In this document: positions 19,064 through 29,025 of the stretch, piece after piece | How the letters are laid out: every line of letters starts with the position of its first letter | Position numbering within the stretch: position 1 is the first letter of the stretch | Assembly: GCF_051860475.1 (NCBI RefSeq) | Contig: NZ_JBHYDW010000006.1 | Span: 3,174-67,173, forward strand | Reading direction: 5' to 3' | DNA length: 64,000 bases | DNA from: Elioraea sp. | Lineage (GTDB): Bacteria > Pseudomonadota > Alphaproteobacteria > Acetobacterales > Acetobacteraceae | The notes under the pieces: model-generated | The model's database searches: none | The model's input: the letters and a program-made list of their open reading frames with translations, nothing else | What the model was told of the DNA's origin: nothing | Made by a program: the position numbers and the translations under genes

Positions 19064-19696
19064 TCAGAACCAGCCCTGCGGGATGACGAGCGTGTCGCCG
19101 GGGCGCATCGGCAGGTCCTGGGAGACATCGCCGTCGCGCAGAAGGTCGGAGAGTCGCACGGAGATCACCTCGGCCGGTCCGCCGACAGTCTCGCGGCGAA
19201 TGATTTCCGCACTGTTTCCGGCGGCATAGCGGGTGAGCCCACCGGCCGCGATCATCACGTCAAGCACGCTCATGCCCTCGCGGTAGGGCAGGGCGACGGG
19301 CTGGGCAGCCTCGCCGATCACGCGGATCTGGCGGGACGGCGGGCCGACGAAGGAGGTGACCAGCACGGTGACGAAGGGCTCGCGCACGAACTTGCGCAAC
19401 TCCGCCTCGATCGCGGTGGACAGCTGGGAGGGGGTGCGGCCGGCAGCAACCAGGTCCTGCACGAGCGGGGTGGAGATCCGCCCATCCGGGCGCACCGGCA
19501 CCGAGGCGTTCAGCTCCGGCAGGCGATAGACGACGATGCTGAGCGTGTCGCCCGCGCCGATCACGTATTCGGGCGCGTCCATCGCCGGCAGCACCGGGCG
19601 GGGATCGGTGGCCGGCAGGTTGACGTTGCGCGGGCCGCAGGCGCCGAGCGCAAGCAGCACCATGAGGGCTATGAGGTGGGGGGATCGACCGTTCAT
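19064..19696 (-). CDS. wza: Polysaccharide export lipoprotein Wza (TIGR03027-type)
   Basis: Lipobox LGAC, YVIGAGDTL, VRPDGRISTPLV, SLBB domain, PGDTLVIPQGWF. Confidence 0.93.
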   Translation of the reverse strand: MNGRSPHLIALMVLLALGACGPRNVNLPATDPRPVLPAMDAPEYVIGAGDTLSIVVYRLPELNASVPVRPDGRISTPLVQDLVAAGRTPSQLSTAIEAELRKFVREPFVTVLVTSFVGPPSRQIRVIGEAAQPVALPYREGMSVLDVMIAAGGLTRYAAGNSAEIIRRETVGGPAEVISVRLSDLLRDGDVSQDLPMRPGDTLVIPQGWF

Positions 19697-20225
19697 CGCT
19701 GTCGCCTCGCTCTCCTGTCGGTACGGGCCTGTAGATTACGGCTGATCCTCGGCCGCCGGAACGGTCGGCATGCAACGCGACGCCTGCTGGCGATGGACCG
19801 TTCTTAGCAATGCCCGACGGCGGAGACAATAGAAAAAAACTAAACCACACGCATTTTCGAGACTGTTTTCCGCTGCAGGACCACTTTTCCCGACCGACTC
19901 ACCCGAATACCGCAACCCTACGTTGTCTTTCGCCTCAACAGCCACCCTGCAACCCTTGGGACGCTTCCGGGGAGCCCCGGCATTCATTTCGCCCTCACGG
20001 TCCTGCGCCGCTTCGGTGTAGAAGGAGCGGGCAAGGCAACCGGGTCGTGTAAAAAAGCATGAGCGCTCTCGCGATTTGTGCATTCCCGACTGGACTCTGG
20101 AAAAAATTTTGTCTTGGGCCCCGCCGGGGGGCCACCCATGGGGGGACGCCCCGCCGGCCTTCGGGCCGGCGCCGACGCGGGTGCGCGCGGACCAGCTCCG
20201 CCGCGCGCCCGGAGCGGAGGACGCG

Positions 20226-20948
20226 ATGACACACTGGCCCGGCCCCGCCGCCCGTTTCGATCGCCCGCCGCGCCGCGCCGTGGCCAGACCGCTCCGCGGC
20301 GTCCTTCCCGCCAGAAGCGACGCCGCGACCGAACCCTGCCTCGACGTCGACCGCCTGCCGCCGGGCTGGCTCGCCGAGGCCCGGCCCCGCCGCGACGGCC
20401 CGGCCCCGGCGGCACTGCGCCGCGCGATCGAGATCCTGCTCGCCGGCCTGGTGCTCGCCCTCGCCGCCCCGCTGCTCGCGGCCGCGGCGCTGAGCGCCCG
20501 GCTCGACGGTGCCGGCCCGGTGCTGGCGCGCGTGCCGCGGGTCGGCCGGCGCGGCCGCCCCTTCACGCTCTACCGCCTGCGCGTGCGCGCGGGCGGTCTC
20601 GGCCGGCTGCTGCGGCTCTGCCGGATCGAGGACGTGCCCCAGCTCGTCAACGTGCTGAAAGGCGAGATGGCCCTGGTCGGGCCCCGCCCCGAGGCGCCCG
20701 AGGCGGCCGCCGAGCACGCCCGCTGGATCGTCCGCTGGCGCGACCGCGAGGCGGTGCGCCCCGGCGTCACCGGCTGGGCCCAGGTGCACCAGGCCGTCAC
20801 CCATCTCGATCGCGGCGGCTCGCTCGCCCAGGCCCGCCGCATGCTCGGTTACGACCTCTACTATGTGCGGCACCAGAGCCTCGGCCTGGATCTCCGGATC
20901 CTGCTCGCCACGCTCCGCGTCGTGCTGCTCCAGGAGGAGGCGCGCTAG
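20226..20948 (+). CDS. Polyprenyl-phosphate sugar phosphotransferase, C-terminal domain only (Bac_transf), 240 aa
   Basis: GGAGG RBS before ATG 20226. EDVPQLVNVLKGEMALVGPRPE, VRPGVTGWAQV, YDLYYVRHQSLGLDLRILLATLRVVL. Confidence 0.85.
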   Translation: MTHWPGPAARFDRPPRRAVARPLRGVLPARSDAATEPCLDVDRLPPGWLAEARPRRDGPAPAALRRAIEILLAGLVLALAAPLLAAAALSARLDGAGPVLARVPRVGRRGRPFTLYRLRVRAGGLGRLLRLCRIEDVPQLVNVLKGEMALVGPRPEAPEAAAEHARWIVRWRDREAVRPGVTGWAQVHQAVTHLDRGGSLAQARRMLGYDLYYVRHQSLGLDLRILLATLRVVLLQEEAR

Positions 20949-20970
20949 CCTTGGCGTCCGCACCCGCGCC

Positions 20971-23043
20971 ATGACCGCCTCCGTCGTCCTGCACACCGGC
21001 GCCGCGGCGTTCTGCCTGTTCTGGGCCGCGCTCGTGCTGGCGGCCGGACGCGGCCGGATCGCGCTCGCGCTCGCCGCCGCCTGCGGGGCGGGCGCGCTCT
21101 GGGCCGTCACCGTCGCGTTCCTGCCCGACTGGCCGCTCGACGGGGTGTCGGGCGCGGCCGACGTGCTGCGCTCGGCGGTCTGGTTCGCGGTGCTGCTGGT
21201 GCTCTATCGCCGCACCGGCGGCGCCGAGGTCGCCCCGGCCATGCGTCGCTTCGCGGTCGCCGGCCTCCTGCTCGTGCTGGTCGGCTTCGCCGCGCTGCTG
21301 CCCGGCCCGACCGCGGATCTCGTCCTGCCCACGCTCGGCTCGCCTGCCCTGCTCGCCCGGCTCGGGCTCGCGCTCGTCACCGTGCTGCTCGCCGAGAACA
21401 TCTACCGCAACGCCGACGAGGCGGCACGCTGGCACGTCAACCTGCCCTGCATCGCGCTCGGCGGGCTCGCCGCCTTCGACGTGCTTGTCTGTGCCGACGC
21501 GGTGCTGGCGCGCGCCTTCTCGCCGCCGCTGCTCGACGCGCGCGCGGTCGTCATGGCGCTTGCGATGCCGCTGCTCGCGCTCGCCGCGGTGCGCGACCGC
21601 CGCTGGCGCCGCCAGCTGCCGGTCAGCCGCGCGGTGGTGTTCCATGGCGCGACCCTGGTGGTGGGGGGCGTATTCCTGCTCGGCATCGGGCTCGCCGGCG
21701 AGGCGGTGCGCCATCTCGGCGCCGACTGGGGCCGCGCGGTGCAGATCAGCCTGCTCGCCGCCGCCGCCCTCGCGCTGCTGGTTGCCGCCTCCTCGCAGTC
21801 GGCGCGCTCGCGGCTGCGCCGGCAGATCGTCGACAACTTCTTCACCGCAAGGCACGACTATCGGCGGGAATGGCTGCGCACCGTCGCCACTCTCTCCGCC
21901 GCCGATGCCGAGGCGCCGGCCGCCTTGCGCACGATCCGCGCGATTGCCGATCCGGTGGACAGCCCGGCCGGGCTGCTGCTGCTCCGCGAGGAGACCGAGG
22001 GCGCGCCACGCTTCGCCTGGGCACAGTCCTGGAACTGCCCCGATGCGCCGCTCGCCCTCGGCGCCGAGCATCCGCTGCTGCCGCTGCTGCGCGACGGCAC
22101 CTGGATCGCCGAACTCGGCGAGGCGACGCCGGCGGACCTCGCCCGCGCCTATGGCGCGCTCTGGATCGCCGTGCCGCTCCTGCACCATCGCGAGGGGCTC
22201 GCCGGCATCGTGCTGCTCGCCCCGCCGCGCGCCCCCTTCCCGCTCGACGGCGAGACCTTCGATCTCTTGCGCACGCTCGGCCGCGAGGTGGCGATGTTCC
22301 TCGCCGAGCGGCGCGCGGCCGAGCGGCTGGCCGAGAGCCGCAAGCTCGCCGAATACGCCAAGCGCTTCGCCTTCGTCGCGCACGACGTCAAGACCGTCTC
22401 GCACCAGCTGAGCCTGCTGCTCGCGAACGCCGAGGACCACATGCAGGACCCCGAGTTCCAGCGGGACGTGCTGCTGACGGTGCGCGCCGCCACCGACCGG
22501 ATCAACACCCTGATCGCGCGGCTGCGCCAGCCCGAGGAGGAGGCCGCCCCGGCGCGCGCCGAGCCCGCGCATCGCGTGGCTCCGGCGGCGCGGCTCGCCG
22601 CGCTCGCCGCCCCCCGTCAGAGCCGCGTGATCGTCGAGCCCGGGGACGATCCGGGCCTTGCCGCGATCGGGGCGGAAGCGTTCGATGCCGCGGTGACGCA
22701 TCTCATCAACAACGCCATCGACGCATCGCCCATGCATGAGCCGGTCCGCATTGCGCTGCGCCGCGACGGCGCCCGCATCGTCATCGACATCGCCGATCGC
22801 GGACCGGGAATGAGCCCAGGGTTCGTGCGCGACGTGCTGTTCCGCCCGCTCGGTACCTCCAAGGCGAAGGGCAGCGGCATCGGCGCCTGGCAGGCGCGCG
22901 AGCTGCTGCGCGAGGCGGGCGGGGATCTGGCGGTGCTGACGCAGCCGGGCGAAGGCACCACGATGCGCCTGACCCTGCCGCGCGCCGAGGCGGACGCCGC
23001 CGCCGCCCCGGCGGCGCAGGAGCAGGTGCGGAGGTGCGCATGA
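20971..23043 (+). CDS. prsK: PEP-CTERM system sensor histidine kinase PrsK, 690 aa
   Basis: Multi-TM N-terminus, GAF-like region, FAFVAHDVK H-box, NNAIDAS, DRGPGMS, GSGIGAWQAREL. Confidence 0.93.
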   Translation: MTASVVLHTGAAAFCLFWAALVLAAGRGRIALALAAACGAGALWAVTVAFLPDWPLDGVSGAADVLRSAVWFAVLLVLYRRTGGAEVAPAMRRFAVAGLLLVLVGFAALLPGPTADLVLPTLGSPALLARLGLALVTVLLAENIYRNADEAARWHVNLPCIALGGLAAFDVLVCADAVLARAFSPPLLDARAVVMALAMPLLALAAVRDRRWRRQLPVSRAVVFHGATLVVGGVFLLGIGLAGEAVRHLGADWGRAVQISLLAAAALALLVAASSQSARSRLRRQIVDNFFTARHDYRREWLRTVATLSAADAEAPAALRTIRAIADPVDSPAGLLLLREETEGAPRFAWAQSWNCPDAPLALGAEHPLLPLLRDGTWIAELGEATPADLARAYGALWIAVPLLHHREGLAGIVLLAPPRAPFPLDGETFDLLRTLGREVAMFLAERRAAERLAESRKLAEYAKRFAFVAHDVKTVSHQLSLLLANAEDHMQDPEFQRDVLLTVRAATDRINTLIARLRQPEEEAAPARAEPAHRVAPAARLAALAAPRQSRVIVEPGDDPGLAAIGAEAFDAAVTHLINNAIDASPMHEPVRIALRRDGARIVIDIADRGPGMSPGFVRDVLFRPLGTSKAKGSGIGAWQARELLREAGGDLAVLTQPGEGTTMRLTLPRAEADAAAAPAAQEQVRRCA

Positions 23044-24461
23044 GCAAGCCGAAGCTCCTGGTGGTCGAGGACGATCCCGCGCTCTGCGCCCAGTACAAGT
23101 GGGGCTTCCCGGCCTGGCGCGTGCTGATCGCGAATGATCGCGTCGAGGCCGAAGCGGTCGCGCGGCGCGAGCAACCCGCCGTGGTGCTGCTCGATCTCGG
23201 CCTGCCGCCCGACGCGGAGGGCGTGGCCGAGGGGTTCGCGGCGCTCGAGACGCTGCGCCGGCTCGCGCCGACCATGCCGGTGGTGGTGTCCTCGGGCCAG
23301 GACCACCGCGAGAACATGCTGCGCGCGATCGCGCTCGGCGCCTACGATTTCTGCGAGAAGCCGGCCGACCTGGCGCTGCTCCGCACCGTGCTCGACCGGG
23401 CGCTGCGCCTGCGCGAGCTCGAGGAGGAGAACCTCCGTCTCGCCGCCCAGCCCCGCCCCTCGCCGATCCGCGACCTCCTCACCGGCGACGAGGGGATGCT
23501 GAAGGTCTGCCGCACGGTGGAACGGCTCGCCTCCGTATCGGTGCCGGTGCTGCTGCTCGGCGAATCCGGCACCGGCAAGGAGGCGCTCGCGCGCGCGCTG
23601 CACGAGATGGGCACGCGCGCGGCGAAGCCCTTCATCCCGATCAACGCCGCCGCGATCCCCGAGACGCTGCTCGAGGCCGAGCTGTTCGGCCACGAGAAGG
23701 GCGCCTTCACCGGTGCGGTGCGCCAGGTGATCGGCAAGATCGAGCAGGCCAACGGCGGCACGCTCTTTCTCGACGAGATCGGCGATCTGCCCGGCAACCT
23801 GCAGGCCAAGCTGCTGCGCTTCCTCCAGGAGCAGATGATCGAGCGGATCGGCGGGCGGAGCCAGATCAAGGTCGATGTGCGCTTCGTCTCAGCGACCAAC
23901 CAGCCGCTCGAGCAGCAGGTCGAGGAGGGCCGCTTCCGCGCCGACCTGCTCTACCGGCTGAACGCCGTGACCGTGCGCATCCCGCCCTTGCGCGAGCGCG
24001 GCGAGGACGCGGCCCTGCTCGCGCGCGCCTTCCTCGCCCGCGACGGGCGCGAGTTCGGCCGCCGCTTCCGCGGCTTCGATGCCTCCGCCCTCGCCGCGAT
24101 CGCGGCCCATCCCTGGCCCGGCAATGTGCGCGAGCTGATGAACCGGGTGCGCCGTGCGGCGCTGATGGCCGAGGGCCCGCTGGTCAACGCCGAGGATCTC
24201 GAACTCGCCGCTCCCGATCGCGCCGCGATCGCCGCGCAGGAGGCCGACAGCGAGGTCGATCTCGATCTGCGCGCCGCGCGGATGCGCGCCGAGCGCGAGA
24301 CGATCGAGCGCGCGCTTGCGCGCAGCCAGGGCAGCCTCACCGCCGCCGCGCGGCTGCTCGGGATCAGCCGCCCCACCCTCTACACCCTGCTCGATACGCA
24401 CGGGATCCCGCTGCCGCGCCCCGAGGCTGGCAGCCCCGCCGCGTCCATCGACGCCGTCTGA
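23040..24461 (+). CDS. prsR: PEP-CTERM-box sigma-54 response regulator PrsR, 473 aa
   Basis: Receiver domain (LLDLGLPPD), AAA+ [29 protein letters not shown], Fis-type HTH. Confidence 0.95.
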   Translation: MSKPKLLVVEDDPALCAQYKWGFPAWRVLIANDRVEAEAVARREQPAVVLLDLGLPPDAEGVAEGFAALETLRRLAPTMPVVVSSGQDHRENMLRAIALGAYDFCEKPADLALLRTVLDRALRLRELEEENLRLAAQPRPSPIRDLLTGDEGMLKVCRTVERLASVSVPVLLLGESGTGKEALARALHEMGTRAAKPFIPINAAAIPETLLEAELFGHEKGAFTGAVRQVIGKIEQANGGTLFLDEIGDLPGNLQAKLLRFLQEQMIERIGGRSQIKVDVRFVSATNQPLEQQVEEGRFRADLLYRLNAVTVRIPPLRERGEDAALLARAFLARDGREFGRRFRGFDASALAAIAAHPWPGNVRELMNRVRRAALMAEGPLVNAEDLELAAPDRAAIAAQEADSEVDLDLRAARMRAERETIERALARSQGSLTAAARLLGISRPTLYTLLDTHGIPLPRPEAGSPAASIDAV

Positions 24462-24473
24462 CGGAGACACGCC

Positions 24474-27293
24474 ATGGCACGACCCCTCACCACGCGGATT
24501 GCCGCCCCCCTCGCCTTCGCCGCCGCGCTGATGCTGGCAGTGCCGGCCGACGCCTCGGTCGACCGCGCCCGCGCGGCGCAGCAGCGGGGCGACCTGCGCG
24601 CGGCCCAGATCGAGTTCCGCAACGCCGTGCGCGCCAGTCCGGACGATCCCGCGCTGCGGGCGGCGCTCGCCCGGGCGAGCCTCGATCTCGGCGACGGCGA
24701 CACCGCCGAGAAGGAGGCGCGCGCCGCGCTCGAGCGCGGCTACGACCGCGCGGACGGCACCGCGCTGCTGCTGCGCGCCTACATGACGCTGCGCCGCTTC
24801 GAGGAGATCCTGCGGGAGTTCCCGATGCAGGAGGGCCAGGTGCCGAACGCGGTCGCGGGCCAGGTCGCGGCCGGACGGAGCATGGCCTATCTCGCGCTGA
24901 ACCGGCGCGAGGACGCTGCCCGCGCCGCCGCCGATGCGGTCCGCCTCGCCCCCGACCGGGTCGATCCGCAGCTCGCCGCCGCCACCGTCGCCGCCGTGGC
25001 CGGCGACCGCGACGCCTCCGAGGCTGCGGTGGACCGCGCGCTCGCGATCGAGCCCGACAACGCCGACGCGTTGCTGCGCAAGGGCGGATTCCAGTTCGAG
25101 CGCGGCCAGCTCGCCGAGGCCTCCACCACCTTCGCCCGGGTGCTGGAGCTCGCGCCCGGCCATATCCCCGCCCGGCTGCGCCGCGGCGAGGTGCTGCTGC
25201 GCATGGGCAACGACGCCGAGGCGCGCCAGGAGATCGACCGGGTGCTGCGGCTCGCGCCAAGCGCGGTGCTGGGGATCTACATGAGCGCGATGCTGCACGG
25301 CCGCGCGCAGGACTGGCCGGCGGCGGACGAGGCGCTGCAGCGGATCCAGGGCCAGCTGCCCAACATCCCCGACGGGCTGTTGCTGTTCGCCACCGTCAAG
25401 CGCGCGCTCAACCAGCTCGAGCAGGCCGAGGACGCGGCGCGCCGCCATGTCGCGCGCCGGCCCGAGGATCCGCGCGGCGCCAAGCTGCTCGCCACGCTCG
25501 AGCTGCAGCGCGGCGCCGCCGATGCCGCCGCCGGCACGCTCGACCGGCTGGCGCAGCGCGGCGCGGCGGACGCCGAGGCCTATGACCTGCTGGGCCGCGC
25601 GCATGCGCAGATGGGACGCCGGCAGGAGGCGCTCGACGCGTTCAGCAAGGCATCCGAGCTCGCCGCCGACAATGCCGGCGTGCTCGCCCGGCTGGCGGTC
25701 GCCCGCCTCGCCACCGGCGACGCGGGCGGCGCGCAGCAGGCGGCGGAGGCGGCCCTCGCGCGCAACCCCGACCAGGCCGGCGCGCGCGAGATCCTGGCAT
25801 CCGCGGCACTCGCCCGCGGCGATCTCGCGGCCGCCTCGGCCCAGCTGGAGCGGCTCGGCCCGGCCGCGCGCGGCGGCGAGCTCGCCGGCGTGCTGGACGG
25901 CACGATCCGGGTGGTGCGGCTCGACATCGAAGGCGGCAAGCAAGCCTTCGAGGCGGTGCTGCGCGACCATCCGAACAGCGTGCGGGCGCGGCTCGGGCTT
26001 GCCCGCGTCGCCGCCATGCAGGGCGATCTGGAACGTGCCGAGCGGCTGTTCGGCGAGGTGCTGGAGCGCGAGCCGGGCAACCCGGAGGCGCTCGCGCGGC
26101 TCTCCGCGGCGGTGATAACCGGGGGGCCGCGCGCGGCGTCCTCGCGCGCCGTGCTGGAGACGGCGAACGCCGCCCAGCCCGGCGATCCCGCGCTCGCGAT
26201 GGCGCTCGGCACGGTGCTGGTGCGCGCCGGCGAGCCGGCCAAGGCGGCCGCCGTGCTGGATGCGCCCGCGTTCCGCGAGCGCCGCCGCGAGACCCGCCAC
26301 CTGCTGCTGCTGGCCGAGGCGCGCGCCGCCGCCGAGCAGCCGCGGGAGGCCGAGGAGGCCGCGCGCGCGGCGATGGCGCAGGACCCGGACAATCCGCTCG
26401 CCCGCCGCGTGGTGGCGGGGCTGCTCCTGCGCGCGAACGATCCGCGCGCCGCCGAGACGGTGCTTGAGCAGGGGCTGCGCAGCCGGCCGACCGATGCGCT
26501 GCTGCAGCAATCCCTGATCCAGACGGTGCGTGAGGGCCGCGGCCTCGACGCGGCGCTCGAGGTCGCCGACCGGCTGGCGCGCCAGGAGGCCACCCGCCCG
26601 ACCTCGCTGACGCTGCGCGGGGACCTGCTGATGGGCGCGGAGCGGTTCGAGGAGGCCGCCGCCGCCTACGCCGCCGCCTACCAGCAGGCGCCGTCGGGCG
26701 TGCTCGCGCAGCGGCGCGCGGCGGCCCTGCAGCGGCTCGGCAGGACGGACCAGGTCATGGCCGCGCTCGCCGCCTGGCTCGAGCGCCAGCCGGGCGACAC
26801 GCCGATCCTGGCGCTGCTGTCGCAGATCGAGATCGGCACCGGCAAGACCGTCGAGGCCGAGCGGCGGCTCGTGCAGGTGGTCGCGGCGCGGCCCGAGGAC
26901 GCGGTGTCGCTGAACAACCTCGCCTGGCTGATGCAGGCGCGCAGCACCCCCGAGACGGCCGAGGGCCGGGCCACGCTCGCGCAGGCGCGGCAGTACGCCG
27001 AGCGCGCCTACTACCTCGCGCCCTCGGCGGAGACCGCCGACACGCTCGGCTGGATCCTGGCGCGCACCGGCGAGGCCGCGCGCGCGGTGCCGCTGCTGCG
27101 CCAGGCGGCAGCGGCGTCGATGGCGCGGCAGCGTCCGGATGCCTCGATGTTCTACCGCTACGCGGTGGCGCTCGACGCGACCGGGCAGCGCGAGGAGGCG
27201 CGGCGCGTGATCGAGCCGGTGGTCGCCTCCACCGCGCAGTTCCCCGAGCGGGCAGAAGCCGAGCGGCTGCTCGCGCGGCTGCGCGGGGGCTGA
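24474..27293 (+). CDS. prsT: PEP-CTERM system TPR protein PrsT, 939 aa
   Basis: AAQIEFRNAV, many TPR repeats, LNNLAWL...ADTLGWIL, position after prsR. Confidence 0.9.
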   Translation: MARPLTTRIAAPLAFAAALMLAVPADASVDRARAAQQRGDLRAAQIEFRNAVRASPDDPALRAALARASLDLGDGDTAEKEARAALERGYDRADGTALLLRAYMTLRRFEEILREFPMQEGQVPNAVAGQVAAGRSMAYLALNRREDAARAAADAVRLAPDRVDPQLAAATVAAVAGDRDASEAAVDRALAIEPDNADALLRKGGFQFERGQLAEASTTFARVLELAPGHIPARLRRGEVLLRMGNDAEARQEIDRVLRLAPSAVLGIYMSAMLHGRAQDWPAADEALQRIQGQLPNIPDGLLLFATVKRALNQLEQAEDAARRHVARRPEDPRGAKLLATLELQRGAADAAAGTLDRLAQRGAADAEAYDLLGRAHAQMGRRQEALDAFSKASELAADNAGVLARLAVARLATGDAGGAQQAAEAALARNPDQAGAREILASAALARGDLAAASAQLERLGPAARGGELAGVLDGTIRVVRLDIEGGKQAFEAVLRDHPNSVRARLGLARVAAMQGDLERAERLFGEVLEREPGNPEALARLSAAVITGGPRAASSRAVLETANAAQPGDPALAMALGTVLVRAGEPAKAAAVLDAPAFRERRRETRHLLLLAEARAAAEQPREAEEAARAAMAQDPDNPLARRVVAGLLLRANDPRAAETVLEQGLRSRPTDALLQQSLIQTVREGRGLDAALEVADRLARQEATRPTSLTLRGDLLMGAERFEEAAAAYAAAYQQAPSGVLAQRRAAALQRLGRTDQVMAALAAWLERQPGDTPILALLSQIEIGTGKTVEAERRLVQVVAARPEDAVSLNNLAWLMQARSTPETAEGRATLAQARQYAERAYYLAPSAETADTLGWILARTGEAARAVPLLRQAAAASMARQRPDASMFYRYAVALDATGQREEARRVIEPVVASTAQFPERAEAERLLARLRGG

Positions 27294-27323
27294 TCAGGCG
27301 ACGGGCGGCGGCCGGGCAGGGCG

Positions 27324-28667
27324 ATGCGCGACCTCTTCTTCACCATGCTGATGGTCCCGCTGCTGGGGCTTGCCGGCGCGCAGCCGTTCGTCGGCGTGCT
27401 GCTGTGGTCGTGGATCTCGTTCATGAGCCCCCATCAGCTGACCTGGGGGTTCGCGGCCACGCTGCCCTGGGCGGCGATCGTGTTCATGGTGACGATCGTC
27501 GGCTGCTTCGTCGCGCGCGAGCCCAGACGCATCCCGCTCAACGTCCTCACCGTGCTGGTCGCGCTGCTGATGGTGGGGATCACCATCACCTCCTTCGCCG
27601 CACTCGGTCCGACCGAGATGGTCTGGCCGAAATGGGACCGCGTCTTCAAGATCATGCTCGGTGTGCTGCTGACCGCCTCGCTGCTGGACAGCCGCAGGCG
27701 GGTGCACGCGCTGATCTGGCTGATCGTGGTCTCGCTCGGCTATTTCGGCGTGAAGGGGGGGATCTTCACGCTGAAATCCGGCGGCGGCCACATCGTGCTG
27801 GGACCGCCGAACAGCATGATCTCCGACCGCAACCAGCTGGCGGCGGCGCTGCTGGTCTCGCTGCCGCTGATGAACTACCTGCGCCTGCAGTCGCGCCACC
27901 GGATGGTGCGGCTGGGCTTCGCGTTCGCGATGGCGACCACGCTGTTCTCGGTGGTGGGCAGCCAGTCGCGCGGCGCCCTGGTCGGGCTGGCGGCAACCGC
28001 GGTGGTGCTGTGGGCGCGCAGCCGCGGCAAGATCGTCTCCGGCGTGGCGATCGCGCTGTTCGTCGGCCTGGCGCTCGCGTTCATGCCCGACAGCTGGACC
28101 GAGCGCATGAACACGATTCTCAACTACGAGGAGGACGGCTCGGCGATGGGCCGGGTCACGGTCTGGCTGGCCTCGTTCGAGATCGCGCGCGCCCGGCCGC
28201 TGCTCGGCGGCGGGTTCCGCGCGATGTACATCCAGGCGGTCGTCGACCAGGTCATGCCGGGTGTCGCGGCCCGCGCCGCGCACAGCATCTGGTTCGAGGT
28301 GATCGGCGAGCAGGGCTTCATCGTCGCCGGGATCTGGTTCGCGATGCTGTTCACCGGCGGGTTCTACACGCTGCGGATCGTGCGCATGACACGCCACCGG
28401 CCCGATCTCCGCTGGGCCCATGACCTCGCGCGCATGACCCAGGTGGCGATGGTCGCGTACATGTCGGCAGGCTCGTTCGTCTCGCTCGCCTACTGGGACT
28501 GCTTCTGGACGCTGATGATCACGATGGGGGCGGTGCATCGACTGGTGAGCGAGGCCGTCCGCACGGCCCCCGCCGCCGCTTCCGCATCCGCCGCCGGCTG
28601 GCGCGCGCGCGCGCCGGTCGCCGCCACCCCGCCGCTGGGTCCGGCGCGCGCCGGCCTCAGGCCATGA
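27324..28667 (+). CDS. Exosortase A-associated O-glycosylation ligase / Wzy-like membrane protein (TIGR03097-type)
   Basis: MRDL..., PFVGVLLWSWISFMSPH, SRGALVGL, ERMNTI..YEEDGSAMGR, AAHSIWFEVIGEQG. Confidence 0.9.
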   Translation: MRDLFFTMLMVPLLGLAGAQPFVGVLLWSWISFMSPHQLTWGFAATLPWAAIVFMVTIVGCFVAREPRRIPLNVLTVLVALLMVGITITSFAALGPTEMVWPKWDRVFKIMLGVLLTASLLDSRRRVHALIWLIVVSLGYFGVKGGIFTLKSGGGHIVLGPPNSMISDRNQLAAALLVSLPLMNYLRLQSRHRMVRLGFAFAMATTLFSVVGSQSRGALVGLAATAVVLWARSRGKIVSGVAIALFVGLALAFMPDSWTERMNTILNYEEDGSAMGRVTVWLASFEIARARPLLGGGFRAMYIQAVVDQVMPGVAARAAHSIWFEVIGEQGFIVAGIWFAMLFTGGFYTLRIVRMTRHRPDLRWAHDLARMTQVAMVAYMSAGSFVSLAYWDCFWTLMITMGAVHRLVSEAVRTAPAAASASAAGWRARAPVAATPPLGPARAGLRP

Positions 28668-28698
28668 GAGACGCCGCGACCGAACAGGGAGATCTCGG

Positions 28699-29025
28699 AT
28701 GGAGAGCCTCTACTACCTCATCATGCTCCTCGGGATCGTCTGGCTCTGCGCCTGGAGCATCGCCCCGGAGCCGTACCGCACCCAGTTCTGGTGGCCCTTC
28801 GACATGCACGCCGACGCTGACGGCGCCGCGCGCGACGCCGGCGACGGCGGCGGCGAGAGCGCCCGAGGCCGGGCGCGCCGAGGCAGCGCGGCCATGCCAG
28901 CAAGCCCTGTCGCGGCCACTCCGGCTGCTGACCTTCAGCACGCTCTACCCAAACCCCGCCCAGCCCAATCATGGCGTGTTCGTCGAGAACAGGCTCAGGC
29001 ACCTGGTCGCTGGCGACGCGGCTGA
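28699..29025 (+). CDS. Small membrane protein (N-terminal TM helix, WWPFDM motif); 3' part overlaps the next gene
   Basis: GGGAG RBS. MESLYYLIMLLGIVWLCAWSIAPEPYRTQFWWPFDM. Host-like GC3 codons up to about 28895. Confidence 0.55.
   Translation: MESLYYLIMLLGIVWLCAWSIAPEPYRTQFWWPFDMHADADGAARDAGDGGGESARGRARRGSAAMPASPVAATPAADLQHALPKPRPAQSWRVRREQAQAPGRWRRG

Noticed and set aside
19924-19992. TGT-N11-ACA (19924-19940) and CGGC-N7-TCGC (19978-19992) between wza and the sugar transferase
   Set aside because: Poor match to the box consensus, and the 37-bp spacing fits neither the 53-bp nor the 63-bp class.
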